DNA of 64,000 nt from an uncultured Nitrososphaeraceae archaeon (GTDB lineage: Archaea; Thermoproteota; Nitrososphaeria; Nitrososphaerales; Nitrososphaeraceae), in assembly GCA_963728595.1 (NCBI GenBank), contig CAVSLF010000005.1, positions 12,783-76,782 of the forward strand, read 5' to 3'. Position numbers and translations under genes: made by a program. The notes under the pieces were generated by a model. It ran no database searches. It worked only from the letters and a program-made list of their open reading frames with translations, and was not told where the DNA came from. Positions 34,369 through 46,911 of the stretch are shown here, in pieces. Numbering within the stretch: position 1 is the first letter of the stretch; each line of letters opens with the position of its first letter.

Positions 34369-34633
34369 CTGACTTAGACTTCCGAAATCAACTTCAAAAC
34401 TTTACAAACAACGTGAGACTTTTGAAATCTATTCTAAATGTTTTTCTTTATCATGGCTAGTGAATTCCTCGAATGAATCAAAATTGATTCCACATTGCTC
34501 ACATCTATACTGCTTTTTTTCATCCGATGACATAAACTATCATATCCATCAATGTATAATACAATTGGCACAGACCACGTATTCCTAGTTCTTTGTTATC
34601 TCTGTTTCAGTCTCCGTAATAATTGAAATATGG

Positions 34634-35195
34634 ATGAGTAGCGTTGCAAAGTTTATGTCGCAATTAAATCATATTATATGTCCAGCCTGTGGGAACGGAA
34701 TTCTAACTGTTGTAGCCGAAGTCGGAGTTGAAGCACACGGAACTACGGCAAAGTTTCAATCTTTATCGGCAGCTCAGGCAAGGGTTTACAGATGTGATAA
34801 TTGTGGCAAGTCATTTGTCAAGGTCGATGATAAATTCTTGGAATTAATAAACTCAGAGAACCGTATTATGGAGGAAAGATGTGCACCTGAAAAGAAAAAG
34901 GTAATTGAGGTGGCGACAATAGTCAAAGAACCCGTAAGGGAAACCAAGCAAATGGATGTTTCTCTCACACACGAGGAGTTAGTCTTGAATAGAAAGCCTG
35001 TTACGAAGCCCATACGTAGTTACGAGAAGCCGGTTAAAACCAGGACGGAGATAAAGATACCGCTCAAAAGGGAAGAAATTGAGAGTACAAAAAAAGTCCT
35101 ATGTGAGAGAGGAAGTGATTGTAAAGAAAAAGCCAGTGAAGGAAACCCGAAATGTGACTGAAGAGGTAACAAGTGAAAAAATTACAGAAGAGTAG
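34634..35195 (+). CDS. Zn-ribbon (family A copy 4) fused to YsnF/AvaK (DUF2382)-like domain, frameshift in A-run near 35090
   Basis: CPACGNG...YRCDNC, then KEPVRETK..VSLTHEEL...IPLKREE / YVREEVIVKKKPV. Confidence 0.8.
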
Positions 35196-35635
35196 TGTAC
35201 TCCTAATTGGATTGGGCGAAAAAATAAGAAAATGATTAGCCACAAAATGAGGGAGTTACGAAAATAGGAATCACAACACGGTTGGAACGACCTACTCCCT
35301 CTCCTTGTAGTAATCTCTTCTTTAAAGGCAAGGCTAAACGTTTCGTGGTAGTGGGTAGAACAGTCCCTTCTTTCAGAATGGCAGCGCAAAGGACAGGAAT
35401 TAGGAAGCGCAAAGTGGAAAATCAATGGCAAATTCGTAATATCAAACTTGATAAAATTTAAGACAATGGAATAGGCGAGCTGTGGTTTAAGTCATGTCTG
35501 TAAAAAAAGTTAGGAATAACATTGATTCATCACGATTAAGCATTGTAACAGTAATACTGTAGTCGACGGTCAAGAAAAAGTGGAAAAATAATAATTATAC
35601 AACCGAGATAAGCGTTGTGGTACTATCAATAGAGA

Positions 35636-35797
35636 ATGAGTGACTCATCAGAAAAAGATTTAGAGGAAGCACAGAAAGATCAAAAGAAACCTGGCGCGGC
35701 TGAAAGTAATCCCAAAACTACAGGACCGGCAGAAAAATTACGTGAAGAAGCTGCTGAGGATGTAGACGAGAGCGAAGAGGCAGCTGAGCCAGTTTAA
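35636..35797 (+). CDS. Highly hydrophilic acidic microprotein (53 aa, not in ORF track)
   Basis: MSDSSEKDLEEAQKDQKKPGAAESNPKTTGPAEKLREEAAED. Confidence 0.65.
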   Translation: MSDSSEKDLEEAQKDQKKPGAAESNPKTTGPAEKLREEAAEDVDESEEAAEPV

Positions 35798-35853
35798 TTT
35801 TTTCCTTTTTTCGTTGTGATAGATGTATTATCAAACCTATCGTTTGGGCGCAA

Positions 35854-36931
35854 TCAAATTAGTTTATTCAATACGCAAACTACATCCATTCCCACCTGTT
35901 CCCAAGTCTTTTCTATTTTCATATCTCCGCGATCTCTGGCTTGGAACTGATGCTCAATTTCCCAATCTCTAACTGCTGACACTGCTTCGTGGGCGAACTG
36001 TAACGTATTTCCAGTTTCAACAAGCTTTACATTGTTCACCGATTCCTTACCGAATCTTTCTTCAAAAACGGGTAAACTCCATGCCACAACAGAGAGTCCC
36101 GCCGCGTGCGCTTCCGTTAGCGCTATTCCAAATCCTTCAAAGATGGACGGAAAAATGAAAACTTTCGCTCGCGAGTAAAGCTGAAATTTTTCTTCTTCTG
36201 AAACTATTCCTTTGTGATCGATACCAATACTGTGGAATCGAAACCTAACATTTGGGGGTGCACGCCCAACCATAACAAATTTGCTTTTCGGATTTTCTCT
36301 TTTTATGACATTCCAGATGTTCTCTAGGCCATCGAATTTTTCAATCCTACCGACGCACAGAAAATCTAAATCCCTTTGTCTGTTCGTTCGTAACCGTGAT
36401 AGTTCATTGGAGCTAGAGCAGCCCACTATAGAGGTCTTGTTACGGTTAGAAGTTGTCAGCAGTTGATCTAGCTGGCGGCATGAAGCGACGCTAACAGTTA
36501 GTATGTTGTCACTGTTATTCAGCATTATCTTGGTGAAATAATCGACCAGCTTTGAGTAAATTTTTGTTGGCAGTCGAGCTTTCTTGTGTTTGACTGATTG
36601 TGGTTCATAGTGGTGAAATACTGTAACTATTCTAACAGATGGCTTGAATAGCCGCAATAAAATCCACATTAAAAGAGTGGCTTCTCCATAAGTATCTAGT
36701 ATTGCAATATTGGGGCTTGTAAGGCGAGCCTTCTAGAACTGCTCGAAGATGAACTAGATGTTGGAAAGCATGTTTATTTGCATCAAAATAGCTGCTAACC
36801 TTCCTAACACTCAATAAATTGTTTTTTTCAATGTAGTCAGTAACTCTTTTGATCCAGACTAGACCACCGAAGTGATCGTAGTTGAGCGGATAGCCAAAAA
36901 TCAACAGTACGAGATTCTTCCGCATATTCAT
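35854..36931 (-). CDS. Family 4 glycosyltransferase, frameshifted near 36720
   Basis: VGRIEK, FIFPSIFEGFGIALTEA. Confidence 0.85.
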
Positions 36932-37077
36932 ATTATTTCTAATCTAATATATACAACAAAATTTATCTGAATGTTAACAAACGGTTTTATCAAGGCATCA
37001 CTTCCTAAAGATATGACTCTAAGCCAATCTATTTCAACAGCAGGTGAACCTCTACCTATAAGAATAAAAAAATAAGA

Positions 37078-37563
37078 TTATCCAGCAGAAGCATTACTCT
37101 TCGCCAGCTTTGTACACAACTCTAAGTGTCCTTGTTCCTCTTTCAATATGGCTCTTACCCTAACTCCGAATTTTTTATTCGTAACATCTTTAGCTACGGA
37201 AGCTAATACTTCATAGTGTGTTACTTCGCCTCCTTCAGCCAGGCACAGAAATTCTAACGCTTCTTGTGTGTCGGGATCTTCCCCTAGGTAAGTCTCCATT
37301 ATTTTTGAACACTTTTCAGCAGTCTCATCTGCAGTACTGTGAACTTTTTCTGAATTTAAATCATCGGACTCTGCTAGCCGTTGAACCAATTCTTCCATCT
37401 GTTGCTCTTGGGTACTAGCCTCCTCTTTCATTTTGCTCAATTTTTTCATGTGTTCAGGCTTTAATAATCCTCTAGAATCTAGTTCTTCAACTGCTTTCTG
37501 CGCAGCCTTCTCCAGTCCTAAAGCTTCGCCTATTTTTTCTTCTATCATTTCTTTATCTGCCAT
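37078..37563 (-). CDS. Ferritin-like protein (YciE/YciF/DUF892-like)
   Basis: EALGLE, EEA, EVTHYEVL, ILKEEQGH di-iron-type motifs. Confidence 0.75.
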   Translation of the reverse strand: MADKEMIEEKIGEALGLEKAAQKAVEELDSRGLLKPEHMKKLSKMKEEASTQEQQMEELVQRLAESDDLNSEKVHSTADETAEKCSKIMETYLGEDPDTQEALEFLCLAEGGEVTHYEVLASVAKDVTNKKFGVRVRAILKEEQGHLELCTKLAKSNASAG

Positions 37564-37886
37564 GTCAAAAATACTAGTTCATTATTGTTCATAACAGTAG
37601 CAAATGTTTACCTAATTCTTCTTGTCAGACAAAATCTAACTAGCGTCCTTGCAGCGATAATTATCTTTTGTTGTACACAAGAGGTCATGTTAAACACCGA
37701 TACCTGTACTGTAACAATGTCCCAACTACCCCAAAAATGATTTGATTTAATGATCTGTGATGCATTTTGGATAGATTTTTGTAAATCTCTTGCTCTTGAT
37801 GGTACTGCTGGTTTTCCTGTCTTAATTTAGAGTGGGTTCATTTGGTTTGTAACGATCTTGAAACTCATTAATTAACTAACTAACAC

Positions 37887-38078
37887 CTAGTATGAATGGA
37901 ACTCCTTCTTATGATCTTTCAGCAATTTATAGTTCGCGAACATTTCCCCACATTTTTCACATGTCCACTGTTTTTGTCTAGCTTCTGTATATGTTGAAAA
38001 TTTACCGGACGCATTTTCATACATCCTCGTGACAGGATTATAGCCAGAATTAAGCGAATTTCTCTTTGATCGTTTCAT
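37887..38078 (-). CDS. C2H2 Zn-finger microprotein
   Basis: WTCEKCGEMFANYKLLKDHKKEFH. Confidence 0.8.
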   Translation of the reverse strand: MKRSKRNSLNSGYNPVTRMYENASGKFSTYTEARQKQWTCEKCGEMFANYKLLKDHKKEFHSY

Positions 38079-38129
38079 TACAACGCAATCAATATTGGAA
38101 ACGGAAACAGAAACCTATCATCAAGCCTA

Positions 38130-38321
38130 TCACAACAATCCACTTTTGAGAATAACCATGTCAGCTGTTGCTTGTGATGATATATCTTTTAATATATTTA
38201 CCTCATGATCTATAGATATAGGAATTATAAACAGGACACCAAATAGAAACCTCAGCAGGACAACAATTACGATTATAACGATAATTACTAATGCGATGTA
38301 TACGAGTGTGTTCAATACCAT
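38130..38321 (-). CDS. Small membrane protein
   Basis: Long Ile/Val-rich TM segment. Confidence 0.65.
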   Translation of the reverse strand: MVLNTLVYIALVIIVIIVIVVLLRFLFGVLFIIPISIDHEVNILKDISSQATADMVILKSGLL

Positions 38322-38391
38322 GCTCGTATTTATGCAGTAAAGTTTAAGTCAATTTCATTTGTTATCTATTTTCATTGGAGATCTGACATTT

Positions 38392-38793
38392 TCATGGTTC
38401 TGTATTTATGACCGAAGACTGATCAATAAATAATTTTAACATGTATCTGTGACAGTAAGGATTATCATCCTTTTCGTAGCACAGCAATCTGATTATTTCG
38501 CCGTCCTTACTGCGCTCCGCCAGATTCCGTATTGCTTTGAGACTCTTAGCACTTTTCATTTCTGCTGTATATTTACTTGAAAATTTTTTCCAATCGCCAG
38601 GAGTCATTTTACTCTTTTTCCATTCATCGTATGTGCCGTCTCGCGGAGCCAGTTCTATTATATGATCGTCGAAGTCGACCCAACCATAACTCTTGTTCGC
38701 CACTAGCACGATGGTCTCTTCGTCTCTTTTCTTTCGAATACGATCAGGATGGTTTTTATTGTAATCCGACGCACAGCCTACTTTAACTGGCAT
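38392..38793 (-). CDS. DUF488-family protein
   Basis: ELAP, W..F..KY..EM, LLCYEKDDNPYCHR. Confidence 0.85.
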   Translation of the reverse strand: MPVKVGCASDYNKNHPDRIRKKRDEETIVLVANKSYGWVDFDDHIIELAPRDGTYDEWKKSKMTPGDWKKFSSKYTAEMKSAKSLKAIRNLAERSKDGEIIRLLCYEKDDNPYCHRYMLKLFIDQSSVINTEP

Positions 38794-38909
38794 TATTTGT
38801 ACTCGCTATTCCAATCAATTTTGTACGTAGTCCTCAGATTTGTTACGGTCTGCACTCCCATAAATTACAAAGTATGATACTTCCGGACAATCTTTTTTAT
38901 GACAAATTG

Positions 38910-39290
38910 TCAGATCTCAAATACCTCAGAGTCCATAGTCGACGACGTATTTGTTTGAACAGGATTTACTTTTTCTACTACCGATGCCAACTCGATAACT
39001 TTATCATTAGTAAGAATATTGGATAGTTGCTCTATCTCTTCTTTGGATCTGATAATTAGTCCTCTTCTCCTATTACCTCCGGCTCCTCCTCGTCCCAATG
39101 CATCAATTTCTATCGCAATACAGGCGGGTCTACTTCTAAAAGCAGGTAATTTCAATAAGAAAACGCCTGGCACGTTTGTCTGTTTTCTCTCCCAGTCCTT
39201 ACCCTCATTCAAAAAATCTGTCAAGCGATTGTCTACCGTTTCATTTGTCATATTTGTACTGGTACAATAAAGAAAATAAGTATTAAACAT
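38910..39290 (-). CDS. Conserved hypothetical protein (start probably 39251)
   Basis: GKDWERKQTNVPGVFLLKLP...RRGLIIRS. Confidence 0.75.
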   Translation of the reverse strand: MFNTYFLYCTSTNMTNETVDNRLTDFLNEGKDWERKQTNVPGVFLLKLPAFRSRPACIAIEIDALGRGGAGGNRRRGLIIRSKEEIEQLSNILTNDKVIELASVVEKVNPVQTNTSSTMDSEVFEI

Positions 39291-39583
39291 AATAAATTGT
39301 AAGATACAGTCACGAATTCTTACTACACATCAGATGGGACAGCGAAATAATATCAAAATTTTCTAATAACTTGCTTTGCTGAGAAAGCTGGTAGGGTAGG
39401 TAGATTATCGGAAGTGTACCCTGACCAGCTATGAAAGATGACTTGTATAATTTTATGAAAGAGAAATTTAATTTATATCTATCTGAATCCACAAATCTAT
39501 TGCGACAGGTAACGGTAGCAAAAGAGTTCTAAGAAAAAAATATATATTGTCATATTCATCAATTTACGTTAGGTGATATATCA

Positions 39584-40114
39584 ATGTGGAGAGATCCATG
39601 GGGGTATAACAACAGAATTTTTGAACAGATAGACAAAGAATTTTCAGACGCAGAAGACATGCTGAACAGGATGTTCAGAACAGTAAGAGAATCAGGCGCT
39701 GGCATACCAGAGACATTTCCGTACTATTACGGGTACCAAATAACGATGGGACCAGATGGAAAGCCTCGCATTAGAGAATTTGGAAACGCAAGACCCGCGT
39801 CCAAGGGCCTGATGCAGCAGAGCAATATGCGCCAGCCACTCATAGATACGAACTTTGACGCAAAGGAAAATGCTCTAACCATCACAGCTGAGATGCCTGG
39901 AATAACTAAACAAGACGTAAAAGTTGGAGTAGAAGAAGGACTAGTAACGATTCACGCAGAAAGGGGAGACAAAAAATATCACGCAGAACTTCCAGTTGAT
40001 GGTGAATTGAATGCTGATACTGCAAAGGCGACCTACACAAATGGAATACTGGAACTAAAAATAAAAATCAGAGAACCGCCAAAGCAAAAAGCAAAGGAAA
40101 TAAGAGTGGAGTAG
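39584..40114 (+). CDS. hsp20: Archaeal small heat-shock protein
   Basis: YYYGYQITMGPDGKP, AEMPG, ATYTNGILEL, C-terminal I-x-V. Confidence 0.95.
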   Translation: MWRDPWGYNNRIFEQIDKEFSDAEDMLNRMFRTVRESGAGIPETFPYYYGYQITMGPDGKPRIREFGNARPASKGLMQQSNMRQPLIDTNFDAKENALTITAEMPGITKQDVKVGVEEGLVTIHAERGDKKYHAELPVDGELNADTAKATYTNGILELKIKIREPPKQKAKEIRVE

Positions 40115-40168
40115 GGAGTAGGACAAAACTCAACTTATTTATTTTTTACATTCATAAAGTGACATAAA

Positions 40169-42371
<2,203 letters not shown>

Positions 42372-42610
42372 GAGAGGTTTAGCTAGTTGCCAACAAAATA
42401 CAAACTATTAAGCGAATTAGTAAATGAGGAAAGAAGAAAGAAAAGAGTCTCAATATGATTAATGAAGACGCAAAACACAGAATCCAACCTGAGCTCGAAA
42501 AAGTAGAATAACCGGTCTGCAGTTTCATTAAAGTAATGTAAGCATCTTTTTTTATTTTAGACGTGCAGTTGCCTAAAGTTGTTATAACCTAAGTAATCCA
42601 TTTACTGACA

Positions 42611-43066
42611 ATGAGGAGCTTTGTAACATACGCATTTGTAATTACACTTTTGTCATATTTTTTAACTATAATAGTTCCCCCTACTTTAGTCGGAGCACAA
42701 AACCAAAGCGAAAGCTCGAATATAGCAAATGTTACAGGTCCTCACAAGCTGGGCGTAAAGATAACCTCTCCATCAAAAAATGCTACCGTACCTGCCGGTC
42801 AGCTTATAATCAGTGGAATTTCTTCAGATACTGTCATAACGAATTGTATGGTGTCTACAGATTGGAATGACCTCAAACCAATGCAAAACGTGACAGCAAA
42901 AGGTCCTGGTGGAGCCAATGACTATTCAAATTGGACATATATTTACAACGAAACCTATCATAATATAACCTCCGGTATCAATGAGTTGACTTCTAAGATA
43001 ACATGCTACGACGACCCCGGCAATATAACAAAAAAGTACTATAGTGTCAATGTTACTGGTAGTTGA
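42611..43066 (+). CDS. Secreted Ig-like protein
   Basis: Signal peptide; VKITSP.KNATVP.G.L.ISG; Cys pair. Confidence 0.85.
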   Translation: MRSFVTYAFVITLLSYFLTIIVPPTLVGAQNQSESSNIANVTGPHKLGVKITSPSKNATVPAGQLIISGISSDTVITNCMVSTDWNDLKPMQNVTAKGPGGANDYSNWTYIYNETYHNITSGINELTSKITCYDDPGNITKKYYSVNVTGS

Positions 43067-43412
43067 AGATTTATAGACTAACATACTCCTTCGGGGACAG
43101 TCTTTAATTTAATATTAATAAAATTTAATGTCCAGTATTATATTACGCAACGTCTTTCACAGACTGCATTAGGAGTTATTAGTTCTTTCTCCCTGGACAC
43201 AAGTTTCATAATTTTTCTGGTTGTTATATCATTTTACGCAAAAATTACGCAAGGTTGCCTCTAGTGGGAGACGGGTAAGACCATAATCCTCACATCCACA
43301 TCCACTTTTGTTTTTTTCAGAAGTTACCCACGTTTCCGATCCAATCCAAGTTAATGCAGTATTAAGCCTTTTCCACATGAAATGGTAAATAAAAAAGAGT
43401 AGATTGGAAATT

Positions 43413-43844
43413 CTACTCGTTGTCGTTGCCACTGGATTTATCTAACATCGGAGGTGGGCTCTTGCTCATTGCATCTAGCAATTTGTCGTCAATTTGGTTT
43501 ATCTGCTTTAGTGCCTCTATTGCCTTTCCTTCAGCTATGGATTTTTTTAAGTCTTCCAAAGTCTTTTGGATTTCCTCAATGTCTGACGTCGTGAGGTCTG
43601 GTTTGCCTGCTGCTGAGGTCTGATTGGTGGATGTTTTGTTCAGTGATTGTGCTGCTGTTTCATTCAATTCTGAAGCTGTTTGCATCAATTTTGAAGCAGT
43701 TTCATTCAATTGTACAGCGGTTTCATTGATTGCTGTAGACGTATTTTGAGCAAATGCTGTTTTTACAGTGGATGTTGCTAGTGCTGCTACGAGGAACATT
43801 CCAGCTACTAAACTGAATCCTGTAATTTTTTTGATGTTGTTCAT
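43413..43844 (-). CDS. Secreted sequon-repeat protein (type A, copy 2)
   Basis: MNNIKKIT, LNETAAQ heptads, LTTSD...PPPML. Confidence 0.85.
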   Translation of the reverse strand: MNNIKKITGFSLVAGMFLVAALATSTVKTAFAQNTSTAINETAVQLNETASKLMQTASELNETAAQSLNKTSTNQTSAAGKPDLTTSDIEEIQKTLEDLKKSIAEGKAIEALKQINQIDDKLLDAMSKSPPPMLDKSSGNDNE

Positions 43845-44131
43845 CGAAGTCAAAAATACATCATACATTATATCCGTTGTATCTGTTGTCGGAGTTATAT
43901 ACTAAATTCAGGTATTCCCCCTGTTTCGGTTCTTGCATTTGATAAATTGTCAGAATCTTATTTTACGATACTGATTCTTTTCGAAGCAAAATATTTATTT
44001 CAAATTAGATTTCTATATCTCCTTACTAGGTACAGTAGGACATACTAGGCAGTTACTGAGTCGTTCAGACCTATCCGGCATTTGAGTTTGAGTTTTAAAG
44101 CTGGCAAAAAAAAGAAAAGATTTTCTACGTT

Positions 44132-44509
44132 CTACTTGTTGTCGTTGTCGTTGCCACTTGATTCACCTAACATCGGAGGTGGGTTCTTGCTCATTGAAAT
44201 AAGCATCTTGTCATCGATGTCATTTATAGCTTGAAGTGCTTCTGTTGCCTTTCCGTCAGCTATGTCTTTCCTTATTTCTTCCAAACTTTTTCTAATATCC
44301 TGAACATCTGATGTTGTAAGTTTCGGTTCTGCTGAGGTCTGATTTGCAGAAGATGTTTGATTCATTACAGAAGATGTTTGATTGGCTACTGTTTGGTTTG
44401 ACATATTTTGAGCAAATGCTGTTCGATTTGCGGCGGATGTTGCTAGTGCTGATATGAGGAACATCCCAGCAACAAGACTAAAGCATGTAATTTTTTTGAT
44501 GTTGTTCAT
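44132..44509 (-). CDS. Secreted sequon-repeat protein (type A, copy 3)
   Basis: MNNIKKIT, NQTS repeats, PKLTTSDVQDIRKSLEE. Confidence 0.85.
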   Translation of the reverse strand: MNNIKKITCFSLVAGMFLISALATSAANRTAFAQNMSNQTVANQTSSVMNQTSSANQTSAEPKLTTSDVQDIRKSLEEIRKDIADGKATEALQAINDIDDKMLISMSKNPPPMLGESSGNDNDNK

Positions 44510-44661
44510 CGAAGCTAAAAATGCAATATAGATTATATCTATTCTAGTTTGTAGATGTTAGTTATGAAGCTGAATTGCGAGATCACGTCACATGCCGCAT
44601 TAATTTTTCAAACCTTTTCAACAATTTGAGAACTCGTTAGAAAAAGAAGTGACTGTCTAAG

Positions 44662-45102
44662 CTATTTCTTTCCGCTTATTCCTTGCTGTATCTCTCCTGA
44701 TATGTTACCTAGTACGTCTGCTGCACCTGAGCCAATACCCTTTGCAACTTCTGCTGTTTTATTCAAAGCAGTTTTCCCCGCATCAGTGACGTTCTTTCCA
44801 AATTCAGATAGGGTTGCGTTGGCAGACTCTGCTGTTTTATTCAAAGCAGTTGATGCGTTAGTGCCAAGTTCTGATACAGTTTGATTTGCGGATTGACTAG
44901 CATGCCCAAAGCGTTACACATTGCCCAAAGCGTTAGACATGTTTTGTCCAACTTCTGAAGCACTCTGGTTGACTGATGCACTAGCATTTCCCACAACGTT
45001 TGATGCGTTTGTCGTGTAGTTTTGAGCTGTCGCACTGGTTGTTGTTATCGCGAGCAACAAGATTGATATAGTTATTCCTAGAGCCGATAGTTCCTTATTC
45101 AT
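44662..45102 (-). CDS. Secreted 11/22-mer-repeat protein (type B), frameshifted by a short duplication at 44901-44940
   Basis: SVNQSASEVGQNMS / SANQTVSELGTNAS / SANATLSEFGKNVT; tail similar to 25521. Confidence 0.75.
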
Positions 45103-45331
45103 TAGACCTACTTCAGTTAGTACACCATTTTAAGGATTGTGTGTGGCAAAACTATACAATTTTATTTAATTCGTAGCTGTATCGTCAACAGGAATAGCTC
45201 AGCAACTATAATAAGACATTGGGCGCGACATAATACCGAAGAAGCGTCTTCAACTAATTTGAGGTTTACAGTTCTTTCGCCATACCCGTTTTTTAACCTA
45301 GTTTTCTGATACTAAGATTTCCGAAATTGAG

Positions 45332-45748
45332 TCAAGAGGGTGTCCCGCCAGGTAACAATGTATAATGATCAGGTTTTTGCATATCTACAAGACTTATTGT
45401 AAAGGGCGAAGTCAAAGTTGGAGTTAGGGCAGGGACACTCACTATGCCGGCTTCAGTAGTTATGAGTCTATTATTTTCATCATACAAAGTGGCGTATATC
45501 CTGACAGATGAAATATCCTTAGTTGAGTTGTTTACAAGAGTTCCTGTTATAATGTCGGAGTCCTTTTGGTTTACGTACTTGTGATACGTTATAGCTAAAT
45601 ATTTAGAATTGATAACATCGCCACTTATTATATCGTCTTCATTATCTGTAGATGCAGAAGCTCCGTTGAGCTGTATTGCTGACACCCAGATCGCCATTGT
45701 GAGTAAGACAACGAAAATAGCTAAGCCTCTGGAATTTTCGATTTGCAT
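45332..45748 (-). CDS. FxLYD-domain secreted protein
   Basis: ITGTLVNNS, VRIYATLYD, SPFTI. Confidence 0.85.
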   Translation of the reverse strand: MQIENSRGLAIFVVLLTMAIWVSAIQLNGASASTDNEDDIISGDVINSKYLAITYHKYVNQKDSDIITGTLVNNSTKDISSVRIYATLYDENNRLITTEAGIVSVPALTPTLTSPFTISLVDMQKPDHYTLLPGGTPS

Positions 45749-45894
45749 TCTCTATATGTTTTGTTTTATTTTAATAAATTCCGATGTGAATATCATCTAA
45801 TCTCGAAGACAAATAATTTGTAGAAACTGCATTCAAAGTTGTTAAATGGTATTTATAATTTAGCTATTATAAATTATATTGACCAACAAAAAAT

Positions 45895-46440
45895 ATGAGC
45901 TTGAAGACATTTGCAACTTCTCAATATCGTGATCCTGTCCTTAAAGTTAGAAGGTTCATGTTCGACGATATTGACAAGACAATTGGTCTTGCTGATAACC
46001 CAAACGTAGGAGCTCCTAATTTTTTACTTGCGTTAGGTCTTTGTTGCTATACAGAGTATTGGGGTAAACTACTGACAGGTGTAAGCAAGTTTGATGCATC
46101 TAGGGGTAGGACGGGGTTTAATGCATTTCTAGAGAGACTAGATCGAGTATACTATGGAAATTTGATTGGTAGTGGTGTAGAGTTGTACAATGAGGTAAGG
46201 TGCGGTTTAGCCCATGCGTACTTGATCGAAACTTCAGGAAATGCGAGAATAGATATGGGCAACGCTGGACTTCACGGGATTGACTATGATAAGACGAGTA
46301 AAAAATACATCTTCTGGGTTCGAACATACTTCGATGAGTTCAAGGCGGCAGTAAATAGGTACATCAATGGATTAGAAAATGGAACGGAAAACTTGCAGAA
46401 CCTCGAGGATTCACTGAATGATAGACCAGAACTCCTTTAA
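45895..46440 (+). CDS. Hypothetical helical protein with HEPN-like RxxxxH motif
   Basis: LYNEVRCGLAH. Confidence 0.55.
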   Translation: MSLKTFATSQYRDPVLKVRRFMFDDIDKTIGLADNPNVGAPNFLLALGLCCYTEYWGKLLTGVSKFDASRGRTGFNAFLERLDRVYYGNLIGSGVELYNEVRCGLAHAYLIETSGNARIDMGNAGLHGIDYDKTSKKYIFWVRTYFDEFKAAVNRYINGLENGTENLQNLEDSLNDRPELL

Positions 46441-46653
46441 TGTATTTCTTGAAAACCTAGGTATGAGGATTCATTAGAATATTTGGGAGTAGAATATTTG
46501 GAGTAGGCTGAATTATTCAAATGATATTCTATTATCCCCCTATGAAAGATAATACATGAATTACTTGACATGCAGCAGTTATTACTATTGTTGCAATTAG
46601 ATTTGTGAAGATATTAAATAATGCTGTTACCAGTAATGGAGTCAAATTAGCAG

Positions 46654-46911
46654 TTGGCAAGTATTTGTAAGGGTATTTGTGTGCGTCATAAAGCGAAAGG
46701 ACCCGCCAGTTTTGGAAGATACTTACGGGGACAAAAACGTTGCCAGGTTTGTCAGATATTCCTTAAATGGAATGGAGGATGGTGTCCTTGTTGCGGCACA
46801 AAATTGAGAACAAGACCTAGAAATTGGAAGTATAGATCCCAATCTGAAATAAGGGGAACTGAGAACAATGGCATCGCCATGTATAACCTTCCAACAGTCT
46901 ACAAGTCGTAA
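46654..46911 (+). CDS. Thaumarchaeal Cys-rich Zn-binding microprotein
   Basis: CKGIC, GQKRCQVC, WCPCCGTKLRTRPR. Confidence 0.8.
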   Translation: MASICKGICVRHKAKGPASFGRYLRGQKRCQVCQIFLKWNGGWCPCCGTKLRTRPRNWKYRSQSEIRGTENNGIAMYNLPTVYKS

